44,175 nucleotides of DNA, from positions 1 through 44,175 of the IMG/VR virus record IMGVR_UViG_3300032373_001178; one strand, 5' to 3'. Made by a program: the position numbers and the translations under genes. The number at the start of each line of letters is the position of its first letter. Positions within the stretch are counted from its first letter, which is position 1. The stretch comes from a virus (taxonomy: Duplodnaviria > Caudoviricetes). Of this stretch, positions 1 to 9,258 are shown in pieces. A model generated the notes under the pieces. That model searched no databases. It saw nothing but the letters and a program-made list of their open reading frames with translations, and was not told where the DNA came from.

Positions 1-564
1 TTAATGTGATTGATTTTGTTTAGGATTCACTTGCTGTAAGATATTTTCTAGTTCCTTAATCGTTTCCCAGGCAGGATGCAGTCGCTCACCGCTTGGCTCG
101 TATTCAGGCATTATGCCCTGCAAATCAGCAAGTGCATTTTTGCAAGACAGGACCATGCGCGAAAGCAAATGAGGCTGCTCCAAAATACCGCTATACTGCT
201 CCAAGATTTCAAAAATATTTTCCGGCAAATTGATTTCGTAGGGATTACCAGATCGGAATGGAGCAAACATTCTAATCTCTTGAGCGGATTGGTACTCACC
301 ATTCATGTAGTAGTTTTTATAATTACATGAACCTTCATCAAAGGTGACTTCCATCAATACATCAGGGTAGAGCTTCGAAAACTTCTTCATTTCTTCTTTC
401 TCTGCGTCCCAAATCATATAGTATTTAGTTATTCCATCAGGTTCAGTTTGTTCAATCACCCCCTTGGGAATGGCTGCAATTTTCCTGTAGATTGCCAAAA
501 CTTGATCGAAATCTTTAGTAAAGTGAAAATCAATACGGCTCCACCTATTAGTTTTACTATTCAT
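1..564 (-). CDS. Hypothetical protein, paralogue of 669..1244
   Basis: ORF 1..657; likely start MNSKTN at 564 because a hairpin occupies 607-651. Shares EMxxFSKxYPxVLxEV...NYYxNGEYQSAxEIRxFAPFRxGxPYE with its neighbour. Confidence 0.75.
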   Translation of the reverse strand: MNSKTNRWSRIDFHFTKDFDQVLAIYRKIAAIPKGVIEQTEPDGITKYYMIWDAEKEEMKKFSKLYPDVLMEVTFDEGSCNYKNYYMNGEYQSAQEIRMFAPFRSGNPYEINLPENIFEILEQYSGILEQPHLLSRMVLSCKNALADLQGIMPEYEPSGERLHPAWETIKELENILQQVNPKQNQSH

Positions 565-606
565 ACTCTCTAGTTTTAAATTATAATTTAACAACTTCAA
601 CATGCA

Positions 607-651
607 GCTAGTATTCATGGCCGAAGCGATAGCTTCGCCACAGATTCTAGC
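607..651. repeat. Long imperfect palindrome / stem-loop in intergenic space
   Basis: GCTAG..TGG-C-CGAAGC-GATA-GCTTCG-CCA..CTAGC. Confidence 0.6.
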
Positions 652-668
652 CACCATTTATTTTACAA

Positions 669-1244
669 CTATCTGCTTTGGTCATCAGCATTTAACTTAC
701 GAGGTTCAACCATCAAAAGAGTCCTTTTTAGCTCTCGTATCATTTCAATACCCGCTTTCGCTTCCTTTGCATTGCGACCAATATTTTCAACCAACCCCTC
801 GATTGTTTGTATGGAGCTGTGACAGCTTTCAATCAGCTTTGGTAATGCTTCAACCTGGGAGGTTCCGCACATACCTGGCTCAATGGCATCAAATAGGTTG
901 TTGGAAAAGTTAGGCTCGTAGGGGCTTCCGGGACGAAAAGGCGCAAATAGTCGAATTTCTCTCGCAGACTGGTATTCTCCATTTTGGTAGTAGTTTAATG
1001 AATCGCTTTCCCCTGTGCCACCATCAATAACTACCTCAAACAATACTTTAGGGTATCTTTTAGAAAACTCTGTCATTTCCTGTTGTTCATAATCCCAACT
1101 CGATAACTGAGTGGTTTGTCCATCGGTTCCGATGAAATCCGCTACGTCCTCGGAATAATCCATCAGCGCGGCCAATATTTCTATGTCATGCTCACCATCC
1201 TCAGTGTTGACAAGGTGAATGGTATGCCAAAATGTATCTGCCAT
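669..1244 (-). CDS. Hypothetical protein, paralogue of 1..564
   Basis: 191-aa ORF sharing a ~55-aa core with the downstream gene. Confidence 0.8.
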   Translation of the reverse strand: MADTFWHTIHLVNTEDGEHDIEILAALMDYSEDVADFIGTDGQTTQLSSWDYEQQEMTEFSKRYPKVLFEVVIDGGTGESDSLNYYQNGEYQSAREIRLFAPFRPGSPYEPNFSNNLFDAIEPGMCGTSQVEALPKLIESCHSSIQTIEGLVENIGRNAKEAKAGIEMIRELKRTLLMVEPRKLNADDQSR

Positions 1245-1245
1245 C

Positions 1246-1512
1246 TTACTCGGTTTTTAAAAGTTCAACATCCTTAACATGCAGCTCGTATTCATATCCG
1301 AAACAGTAGTTTCGTCCTAGATACCAGCCACTTTTTATTTTGCACCCATTATAGGTGCTGGTGCGGTCTTTCCATCCCGGCCCCCGTTCGGTGTCCCTAA
1401 CCAAAATCTTGGTTCTTGAATTGGGGATTAATCGGGTAATCTCTCCATTGAATACCGCGCCTTTGTACTTAGCGTATACTGGCATTCCAACTTCTGCATT
1501 AGAGTATTTCAT
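1246..1512 (-). CDS. Hypothetical protein (88 aa)
   Basis: Start MKYSNAE at 1512 is directly preceded by the recurrent AATAAACGACAC motif; the longer track start (1593) is unlikely. Confidence 0.7.
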   Translation of the reverse strand: MKYSNAEVGMPVYAKYKGAVFNGEITRLIPNSRTKILVRDTERGPGWKDRTSTYNGCKIKSGWYLGRNYCFGYEYELHVKDVELLKTE

Positions 1513-1672
1513 TGTGTCGTTTATTAGTGAATAATTGGAATTGATTAACATTAGTTTGGTCAGCAAGATTCTCCATAAGCCGCGTTTGGACATAACCTAT
1601 CCAGGAGGGACAATTGAAGTCCTCCGCTGAGAATTTCCAGAAGCGGGTTGGTGTTAAGTAAGGAGGGGTGAT

Positions 1673-2332
1673 TTACGCCACTGACGCGGTGAGCTGTTCG
1701 GCTCGATACTGGTAGGGTACTCTACTTCGGATAAGACGTTTGATTTGCTTAAATCGTTGTTTGTTTGCTTCTTCTACTGCATAGTCAATCAGGTGTCTTG
1801 CTTCTGACAATATTCCATTTTCCTCATGGTCTGAACCATAGTAACCCCAACAATGGTGAAGTTCTTTACCGTCAGGCGCGGTGATTCCGTAGCCATAGAC
1901 ATTCCCTACCAAATACTCATCATAAACTTCCACCTCTTGTAAGAGCCATTGTTGAGCTTGTTGCAGCCTAATTTTGGTCCACCTTTTCCAATCATGCCCG
2001 GCCTGCTGTATAGTTTCCAAATCAGTGTAAATTATCCCTACATTGAGTCGGTCCCTATTGCAATTAAACCGCTGTGAGCTTATGGAAATACTACCATGAT
2101 CGTATAAGTAGAGGTTGAGAGCAACAACCTTATTATTCTTAATCGCTAACCGAATAAAGTCAAGAAATTCCTGTTCATCGCTCCAGTTGTGCTCATCTCC
2201 TAATCGGTACTTGCTATGATAGCATACCATTTTACCAATGCACCCGTCAAATTCTTTTCTCGGATTCTGCGGGTCATCATCCCGGATGATGTGAATTTTA
2301 TGTCCTCGGTAATCAATGATTTCTTTGTTCAT
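1673..2332 (-). CDS. Conserved hypothetical protein of mobile elements
   Basis: 219 aa; pattern DxPxNPR..C.H..Y.LGD..LYLYDH..YD.YL.G.VYG..CWGYYG, recalled from phage/ICE hypotheticals. Confidence 0.75.
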   Translation of the reverse strand: MNKEIIDYRGHKIHIIRDDDPQNPRKEFDGCIGKMVCYHSKYRLGDEHNWSDEQEFLDFIRLAIKNNKVVALNLYLYDHGSISISSQRFNCNRDRLNVGIIYTDLETIQQAGHDWKRWTKIRLQQAQQWLLQEVEVYDEYLVGNVYGYGITAPDGKELHHCWGYYGSDHEENGILSEARHLIDYAVEEANKQRFKQIKRLIRSRVPYQYRAEQLTASVA

Positions 2333-2784
2333 GGTTTTTCGGTTTGACTGTTTGGCTTACCTGTATATTTTACTGACCACCACCCAAAGAATTGGATGCT
2401 TTCCTTTCCTTTCTGAACATCCTCGTGCAGCTCCCCCTCTCGAACCCCCTGCATTATCATATTCCTGATTCTCGATTGCCCATTAGTATGCAACATTTCC
2501 ATGTTGTCCTCGGTGGGCATGTACAGGTCGTTGTTCCACCAGTTGTATTCAATTGTGGCTCCTATTACCTTTTGAGCAAGAGCCAATTTTATGGCCTCAA
2601 GATTTTCTATTACCAAAGGTTCATTTACAAACGCATTATCAAAAAATATGACCTTGCCACTGTCCTGATCGACAACAGCCACCGTCTTTCCATTTTCGTT
2701 ATCATTCTTGGTAAAGTAGGCATCGAGGTGCCGAAGATTATCTTCATCGACATAATCTGTTCTTAGTTCCTTAATTGTTTTCAT
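2329..2784 (-). CDS. Hypothetical protein
   Basis: 151-aa ORF with a 4-bp overlap with the downstream gene. Confidence 0.75.
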   Translation of the reverse strand: MKTIKELRTDYVDEDNLRHLDAYFTKNDNENGKTVAVVDQDSGKVIFFDNAFVNEPLVIENLEAIKLALAQKVIGATIEYNWWNNDLYMPTEDNMEMLHTNGQSRIRNMIMQGVREGELHEDVQKGKESIQFFGWWSVKYTGKPNSQTEKP

Positions 2785-2849
2785 TTTGACTTAGTTTTTA
2801 TTTGATTGACTTCTGGACCGCTCAGGATAAATGGGAAGGCTCAGAAGGA

Positions 2850-3296
2850 TTACCAGACTAACCTTTCCTTGGTTAGCTGCTTAAAGCCCCACTCAGACCT
2901 ATCTACAGACCTATCTTCATCGCTCCAATCTCGAAAGACATAAAACTCATGATCCACTGGTTGTTGTTGATCCCAGGTGGGCCTGCTACTAAAACATTCA
3001 ACAATTATCTTCGGTCTCTCGAACTTCTTGGAATAAAGCAGTTTTTCCAGATTTTCCGAGATGTCAGAATCCCAGCCTGTTTGAAACACGATGATTTCGA
3101 AGAATTCAAGTTGTTCGATAATGTATTCCATTGGCAGTTTGTCAATTCGGAATAGCGCATTGTATTTTACTTGCTGCTCCAGAAGGATTGTTTCAAAATT
3201 TCCTACCGCATTGTGCAGGCCATTGTCTCGTTCCAAAAACAACACGCTCTGTCCATTTTTAAAAACCTTGCCGATTTTTTGTTCTATTGTTTCCAT
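2850..3296 (-). CDS. Hypothetical protein
   Basis: Likely start METIEQ at 3296, which avoids overlap with 3317..3811. Confidence 0.7.
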   Translation of the reverse strand: METIEQKIGKVFKNGQSVLFLERDNGLHNAVGNFETILLEQQVKYNALFRIDKLPMEYIIEQLEFFEIIVFQTGWDSDISENLEKLLYSKKFERPKIIVECFSSRPTWDQQQPVDHEFYVFRDWSDEDRSVDRSEWGFKQLTKERLVW

Positions 3297-3316
3297 CTTA
3301 TTAATTGTTAATTGGA

Positions 3317-3811
3317 TTAGTTTATCACCTCTTCCTTTGTTTCCTGATACTTCCAAAGTACTAAGACCTTGCCCCCCTTTACACTTGGCGAACAAAAACG
3401 AACTACTATACTGGCATCTGAGTTGCCCCCTAATTCATGGACCCCGGTATGGATACCCTCAGTTATTTCATTTTCCGGTATAAGGTCGTACCACCGACTC
3501 CCGTAGTAGGTGTTTAAAAAGTCTCGAACAAGCAATATCATGTTCAATTCTGTCAGTATCCATCGTGCAAAATCCGCTGGAGGCTGAAATAGACCTATAG
3601 GGCGTTCAATGCTGTTCAGATAGCTTTCTGATAGTTGCCAGAAAGTTGTACCCGTTGTAGTCACCTTGCAATGTTTAATTGCATCCCAGGCTACATTAGT
3701 GGGCAGCCCCTTTTCCCGCATTTTTACATAATCCAGTATCTCAATTTTTGTTATTCTGGAAGTTTCGGGGTCGAACCATTCACCTTCTTTCAATACTTGT
3801 TTGTAATTCAT
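3317..3811 (-). CDS. Hypothetical protein
   Basis: 164-aa ORF preceded by the recurrent motif. Confidence 0.75.
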   Translation of the reverse strand: MNYKQVLKEGEWFDPETSRITKIEILDYVKMREKGLPTNVAWDAIKHCKVTTTGTTFWQLSESYLNSIERPIGLFQPPADFARWILTELNMILLVRDFLNTYYGSRWYDLIPENEITEGIHTGVHELGGNSDASIVVRFCSPSVKGGKVLVLWKYQETKEEVIN

Positions 3812-3855
3812 AATCGTGTCGTTTATTAGCGTTGTTGATATTAACCTGGCTTAGT

Positions 3856-4185
3856 TTAAATGAACTCATCGGTTAGCACGAGTCCGGCATCCCGAATAAA
3901 CTGAACTGTCGGTGGTGAAAGCTGATAGGCTCCATCATAGTCAGTTACCGTTGGTTTGCCAGTTTCCTCCGAATACTCCCACCACAGGCCAATGTATCCA
4001 CCAATCTCTCCACCATCAAGACTAGTCTTTGCAACTCGTCCCTCTCCAGTACTGAGATCTCCTGTCCCGGTCCACAAATCATAGGTGGCAGAATCTCCGT
4101 TTAACAGCACATTATCATAGGTCTTTGTTAATACTGATTTCATGGTTTCAGGTGTTAAAGGTTTGGAGTAGAATTTGGTTTTCAT
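3856..4185 (-). CDS. Hypothetical protein
   Basis: 109-aa ORF in the co-directional run. Confidence 0.7.
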   Translation of the reverse strand: MKTKFYSKPLTPETMKSVLTKTYDNVLLNGDSATYDLWTGTGDLSTGEGRVAKTSLDGGEIGGYIGLWWEYSEETGKPTVTDYDGAYQLSPPTVQFIRDAGLVLTDEFI

Positions 4186-4537
4186 CCATTTCGACTGTGG
4201 AGGTCATACCGGGATTATCTCTGAGTTTATCAAGGTTGAGGTTGTAACCATTTTCAAGGTGAAGTGCGAGCATATCCAAATGATCGGATATGACAGTTCT
4301 AGTCTTGTTGTACCGGAATTGACCTGAAAGAATAACATGATCATCCCTACTCCAATAACCCCTTTCAATCATTCCTTTGACGTTTCCCGATTTGTCAATA
4401 TTTGGATGGCATGAATGTCCCAATCCAGTAGAATAATTCTCAATGGAAACGATGCCATTTTCGGCCCGTATGTTAACCGATGTGCCGTTGATTTGCAGCA
4501 CATCACCTTCAACTGATAGTACAATTGTATATTTCAT
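4148..4537 (-). CDS. Hypothetical protein
   Basis: Likely ATG start MKYTIV at 4537. Confidence 0.7.
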   Translation of the reverse strand: MKYTIVLSVEGDVLQINGTSVNIRAENGIVSIENYSTGLGHSCHPNIDKSGNVKGMIERGYWSRDDHVILSGQFRYNKTRTVISDHLDMLALHLENGYNLNLDKLRDNPGMTSTVEMDENQILLQTFNT

Positions 4538-4570
4538 TTTCGTAAGTTTTGATAAGATTTTGGGCAACAG

Positions 4571-4595
4571 AAAAGGGGAGCTATAAAGCCCCCCT
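4571..4595 (-). terminator. Intrinsic terminator
   Basis: Minus strand AGGGGGGC-TTTATA-GCTCCCCT-TTT, downstream of 4633..4938. Confidence 0.65.
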
Positions 4596-4632
4596 CTGGT
4601 TCGGTGTCGCGTTCTTTAAATATTGCAGATTG

Positions 4633-4938
4633 CTACCACAAAGCTTCTGGAAGAAAGGCGTGGACTTCAACTAACCGTAAATCACCTTTGGCAAAAAGAA
4701 TGGGCAAACTCCTCGCTTTTTTTTGCTCCAATTCTTCACGAGTATAGGTTTTGTATTCCCCTAACAAATCATCGATGCTTTGGGTCATCAAGGCCCAAAT
4801 GAGCTGGACGTAATCCATACTTCCAGAACAATAACATTTGTTATCGTCTCGAATCTCATAGTACAGCGATATGTCCGTGTCCGTGGAATAAATACTTTGA
4901 GTTGGGCTTACAAAATCTGTAATTGGTTCAATAGTCAT
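4633..4938 (-). CDS. Hypothetical protein
   Basis: 101-aa ORF preceded by the recurrent motif. Confidence 0.7.
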   Translation of the reverse strand: MTIEPITDFVSPTQSIYSTDTDISLYYEIRDDNKCYCSGSMDYVQLIWALMTQSIDDLLGEYKTYTREELEQKKARSLPILFAKGDLRLVEVHAFLPEALW

Positions 4939-4970
4939 GGTGTCGTTTATTAGAAGTTTTCGTGAGGTTG

Positions 4971-5405
4971 CTAAAGGATGGTGATATCAACTACTTCCTC
5001 ATCTTCGTTCAAGTGATATTTCAATTCGGTTTGCCTGTCGGAGCATTCAATAATGAACACCCCCTTTTCTTCGTCAGTTTCGATGAAGTCGATTCCTACC
5101 TTTGTACAAGCAGATTGGATGATTTCCTCAATTCCATCAACATGAGGTTGACACCCACTTAGGTCATTTTCTACGAATATTTGGAGGTTCAAAAAATCAA
5201 CTAGTTGGTTTGCCGGTTGCTGCCCTTTTGTATAGGCAACATGAGCATCAGCCAACTTTGCCATATTGTCCAATTGGCCGTCCATTATCCCGCGCCCCTC
5301 TGCGTTCAAACTGGGGTACATTCTTCTATATAATCTCAATGTATCGGCCCATGATGGAGTAACATCTTCGGCTGCGTATTTGCTCAAATCTTCTGTTGTT
5401 GGCAT
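4971..5405 (-). CDS. Hypothetical protein (intact copy of duplicated gene)
   Basis: 144 aa; near-identical over most of its length to 6014..6446; preceded by the motif. Confidence 0.8.
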   Translation of the reverse strand: MPTTEDLSKYAAEDVTPSWADTLRLYRRMYPSLNAEGRGIMDGQLDNMAKLADAHVAYTKGQQPANQLVDFLNLQIFVENDLSGCQPHVDGIEEIIQSACTKVGIDFIETDEEKGVFIIECSDRQTELKYHLNEDEEVVDITIL

Positions 5406-5465
5406 AATTGTGTCGTTTATTTGTTGGGTTTACATGAGGTTGTTAATTGATGTTGATAGCATTAA

Positions 5466-5981
5466 TTATATTTCCATTTCAAAAATGCACTCTGCTATTA
5501 TTTCATAATTTTCTCCTTCATCAATCCAATTACACATTTCATTATAAGAATACCCAAATGGCTCTACGCACTTAAACATTTCTTCATCAGTGTATTCGCT
5601 CAATTGTATTTCAGATTCATATACTTCTGTCTCGTTTGTTTCAGGATTTACAACCCTATCCTCTTTAAATAAAAATATATTGTCTGCAATTTTTTTAAAC
5701 ATTTGATTGCAGCTTGGGTCTGTTACTACCCATACCATATTGGTGTCATTTCGAAATAAGCTATCGACAAGGGCGATAAATGAAATGCAGTCAGCTTCCG
5801 TTTCTAGGTCAGCAATACATTCTAACCCGCCCCATTCAAGGTGGGCATAGACAGACCAAAAATCAGGTTCTTCGTTGTCGGTGCATTGTTCTATTACATC
5901 GGGGGCTACTTCTTGAACTGGGTGATACTCTAGCTGGTCCCATGTCGCGCCTTCGGATAATGGTGTAAATTCGATTTTCAT
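5466..5981 (-). CDS. Acidic hypothetical protein
   Basis: 171 aa, very D/E-rich; preceded by the motif. Confidence 0.75.
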   Translation of the reverse strand: MKIEFTPLSEGATWDQLEYHPVQEVAPDVIEQCTDNEEPDFWSVYAHLEWGGLECIADLETEADCISFIALVDSLFRNDTNMVWVVTDPSCNQMFKKIADNIFLFKEDRVVNPETNETEVYESEIQLSEYTDEEMFKCVEPFGYSYNEMCNWIDEGENYEIIAECIFEMEI

Positions 5982-6013
5982 AATGTCGTTTATTCGAGGT
6001 TTACGGGAGGTTG

Positions 6014-6446
6014 CTAACTGATAGTGATACCAACAACTTCCTCATCTTCGTTCAAATGATATTTCAATTCGGTTTGCTTGTCGGAGCATTCGATAATGAA
6101 CACCCCCCTTTTCTTCGTCAGTTTCGATGAAGTCGATTCCAACCTTTGAACAAGCAGATTGAATGATTTCCTCCATTCCACCTACACAAGGTTGAGACCC
6201 ACTTAGGTCATTTTCTACGAATATTTGGAGGTTCAAAAAATCAACTAATTGATTTGCTGGTTGCTGCCCTTTTCTATGGGCAACGTTGGCATCTGCTACC
6301 CTGGCCATGTGGTCCAACTGGTCGTCCATTTTTTTACGACCAATAGTGTCTAAGCTGGGGTATAAGCGTCTATATAATCTCAATGTATCGGCCCATGTTG
6401 GAGTAACATCTTCGGCTGCGTATTTGCTTAAATCTTCTGTTTTCAT
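6014..6446 (-). pseudogene. Frameshifted duplicate of 4971..5405
   Basis: C6 run at about 6103-6108 versus C5 at about 5060-5064 in the intact copy. The homologous C-terminus (..EDEEVVGITIS*) continues in another frame to a stop at 6014. Confidence 0.75.
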
Positions 6447-6458
6447 AGGAGTATTGAT

Positions 6459-7284
6459 TTAGAATGATAATTGCATCTGTTCCGTCTGCGGATTTCCAGT
6501 AACGGTGATTTCTTCTTTTGGCTCGTCTTGGTAGTCAAATTCAACCTCTACGATTTCAGTAGTAATGTTCACCCCTCGCCATTGGTCTCGGTAACATGAG
6601 GTATCAATCCCAATGTTGTGGCCTAACGTAATTCCAGTATCGCGCTCGAAGGAAATTAGTTTACTAGATAAGCTACCATTATGACGTTTACAGATAAAGT
6701 GTGGCTGTCCTGACAATTCAAACGGACAAGAAACTTGTGGAAGGATAAACGCACCGTCCCGTGAAATTTTCGAAGCCACTTCAATTACCTTAAACTCAAA
6801 CTCTGGTCCCCTATAATTCAGCCAACTAGTGCTATCAGTTTGCACCCTTCCAAAAGGGGGGTTAGATATGCTCTGGTCAAATTTGCCAAGGCTGGATATT
6901 AGTTTCTCATCCAATACCGAACCCAACACCCAATTTGCCTCTGGTAGAATTTTCTTTCCTACCTCCACATAATCCGGGTTAATTTCGACACAAGTGATTT
7001 GAGCATTTGGATTATCCCTCCAATAGTCATGTTGATTTGATATTGTAAAAGCCAGTGTTCCAATTCCCGCGCACAAATCAATTATGTTCGTATCGTATCG
7101 CTAGGTTAATTTCCCGCGCCAGATCGTAGGGTGTAAAAAAGGCTCCCATACTGGAATTAACATGGTTTGCTGATTCTTGCCAGTTGTCGATAACAAACAG
7201 CTTATCGTCATAACTCAATTTGTCCTTTTCAAGCAATCGGCAAGCCTGCTCATGCGCTCGAATTTGAGGTTTGGATAGTTTCAT
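6459..7284 (-). pseudogene. Frameshift-split N6-adenine DNA methyltransferase (plasmid/ICE type)
   Basis: 7078..7284 carries the N-terminus with GAFFTP. The other frame reads IIDLCAGIG (motif I) and SNPPFG (motif IV). The frame break is near 7085-7100. Confidence 0.8.
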
Positions 7285-7313
7285 GTTTTTGTCGTTTATT
7301 AGGTGTGTTGGAC

Positions 7314-7340
7314 AAAAAAAGGGGGCAATGAATGCCCCCT
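7314..7340 (-). terminator. Intrinsic terminator
   Basis: Minus strand AGGGGGCA-TTCAT-TGCCCCCT-TTTTTT, after the DUF3560 gene. Confidence 0.8.
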
Positions 7341-7371
7341 GTGGTGTTCTAAAGTTGAAATTTTTGACCTC

Positions 7372-8163
7372 TTATGAGCAAAGCTTTTCCACTAGTTCAA
7401 TGGCCTCTTGCACCGCCCATTTTGAACGGTATTTTTGCCAACAACCATTTGAAGGTGACCACCGATAGCCATTCCGTTTCAAGTCCTTCCTAACATCAAA
7501 TTCTGGCTTTCCAGGAAAAAACAGTTGCAGTCTGTTATCTTCAATGCTGTCAACTATATTGACACCATGTACAGTGCGTTCCGTTGTTTCATCGCCTTCC
7601 TTGTTTTCAAATTCAGTGATGCGTTGCTTTATTCTTCGCATGTTCCCGTTGTTATTCGTTAACAGATAGGAAGGAAAACCCACCCTTCCACCAAAATCAG
7701 GTTCAAGAATTTTAAGTACTTCTTTTTCAGTGTATCCCTGTGCTTTCAGTCCGTCAACCTTTTCAACTTCCGATAGTTTCTTGCTTTTAACAACTTTGTT
7801 TGCAGCTTTCATTTTCTCCTGCGTCTCTTCCAAGTCGGTCAACTTATCCCGCAATTTTGTTAGTGCATCTGGATCGTCAGAACTGATAGCTGTATTGCTT
7901 TCAGCAGCCTTAGCCTTGTCAGCATAGTAGTCTGACGTTTCGCCCAACTTAACGGATTGCCCCATTTTGTTCCAAGACCTGTCTAGCAGATTCCTATGGC
8001 CTTTTTCGGAGTGATGACCAACTAGAATTGGCTGACCCATAGGTATGTGTTCAACCATACTTTTTGATGCCTTATACGCTTCCTCTGATTCTCTTTTTTT
8101 CTTCGCGGCCAAGTCCTTGTATCGGTCTATTCTGGCCTGTTTTCTTTCTTCGTAACTACTCAT
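7372..8163 (-). CDS. DUF3560 domain protein
   Basis: YEERKQARIDRY...IPMGQPILVGHHSEKGHR signature; C-terminal NRLQLFFPGKP..LK.NGYRWSP...WQ. Confidence 0.85.
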   Translation of the reverse strand: MSSYEERKQARIDRYKDLAAKKKRESEEAYKASKSMVEHIPMGQPILVGHHSEKGHRNLLDRSWNKMGQSVKLGETSDYYADKAKAAESNTAISSDDPDALTKLRDKLTDLEETQEKMKAANKVVKSKKLSEVEKVDGLKAQGYTEKEVLKILEPDFGGRVGFPSYLLTNNNGNMRRIKQRITEFENKEGDETTERTVHGVNIVDSIEDNRLQLFFPGKPEFDVRKDLKRNGYRWSPSNGCWQKYRSKWAVQEAIELVEKLCS

Positions 8164-8212
8164 AATTTGTCGTTTATTAGTGATTGTACTACCCCGGCCC
8201 GAAGGCCGAACG

Positions 8213-8539
8213 CTATGAGCCTAAAGCCTCTTTTAAGTCGCTCATACGACTGAAAGATTCCAAGCCTATTGTATGCAGTTGCCTTATTGATTTTTCCGTT
8301 GCTCTGCAATTGTCAGTGGCAAGGGTTATACTGGGGTCGTCACTACTCATAAGCACATAATTAAAACTTGTAAAACCGGGACTCGAAGTATCTAAGGTTC
8401 CAGCTTGCGCATAGCATTTAATCCCTCTTGAACTTTTCCAAGTCGTTACTTTCCAATCCCTTCCTAAATGGTTGACATGAGTTTCAGCTTGCCAGCCACC
8501 ACGTTCTTTTTTTAATGTTGATTTGGTTAAATATTCCAT
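8213..8539 (-). CDS. Hypothetical protein
   Basis: 108-aa ORF. Confidence 0.7.
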   Translation of the reverse strand: MEYLTKSTLKKERGGWQAETHVNHLGRDWKVTTWKSSRGIKCYAQAGTLDTSSPGFTSFNYVLMSSDDPSITLATDNCRATEKSIRQLHTIGLESFSRMSDLKEALGS

Positions 8540-8574
8540 GTTTGTCTGTGTTATATTCGTTTGATTGATTTGTG

Positions 8575-8602
8575 AAAAAAGGGGAGACTTGATCGCCTCC
8601 CC
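8575..8602 (-). terminator. Intrinsic terminator
   Basis: Minus strand GGGGAG-N10-CTCCCC-TTTTTT, right after the J-domain gene stop. Confidence 0.75.
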
Positions 8603-8610
8603 GGATTGTG

Positions 8611-9129
8611 CTAAACGGCCAATTTGAAACGACCTTGATTGATTCCTTTGGGGCTATCTTCGTCACCACTTCGATTAACTTTTTCTGCTCCGAACATACC
8701 TTTAATCTCTTCGTAGCTGTGGGTTTTCTTGGACCTTCTGCGGTATTTTCTAGGTGAGAAATACCACTGTCCTTTTTTAGGCGAAAAGCCCCGTTTCATT
8801 TCCTCGCCAGTGTCAATAGCTTTTATCTGCTCTTTTACTGGTTTGGTGTTACCCTCTAACCAGATGAAGGAGCCGCAAACAACTATTTCAATTCCCGGAA
8901 TTTTAATGAGTTGGAAAATGATTTCAGCATAGGCTACACCATCCCACTGGTCATACTCACCTTTAAATTTTTCATGCTCTGTTTCCGGTCTGAATGCGTG
9001 GAAATAGTTTAGCAACTCCTGAAAATCTTCTTTCCTCCCTCCCTTGTCCGGGTGATGGATGATAGCCAGTTTGTGAAACAGCTTTTTTGCTTCGTCAAGG
9101 GTTTGAACCCCGATAAATGGATTTGTCAT
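8611..9129 (-). CDS. J-domain (DnaJ-like) protein
   Basis: KKLFHKLAIIHHPDKGG...FQEL: HPD motif in a short N-terminal J-domain. Confidence 0.85.
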   Translation of the reverse strand: MTNPFIGVQTLDEAKKLFHKLAIIHHPDKGGRKEDFQELLNYFHAFRPETEHEKFKGEYDQWDGVAYAEIIFQLIKIPGIEIVVCGSFIWLEGNTKPVKEQIKAIDTGEEMKRGFSPKKGQWYFSPRKYRRRSKKTHSYEEIKGMFGAEKVNRSGDEDSPKGINQGRFKLAV

Positions 9130-9212
9130 TGTGTCGTTTATTAGTGATTGATTAATTACTTTTGGATGGTCGTTTATTAGTGAATAGCCGCAAGACCATT
9201 CGTTAATAACAG

Positions 9213-9236
9213 TCCCCGGAATAGTAGTTCCGGGGA
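9213..9236. other. Perfect 9-bp stem hairpin
   Basis: TCCCCGGAA-TAGTAG-TTCCGGGGA; no good U-tail on the minus strand. Confidence 0.6.
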
Positions 9237-9258
9237 TATTTTTATGGCTCGACTGAAT

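Noticed and set aside
4971-6446. Diversity-generating retroelement template/variable repeat pair
   Set aside because: The differences are not adenine-specific and no reverse transcriptase was seen.
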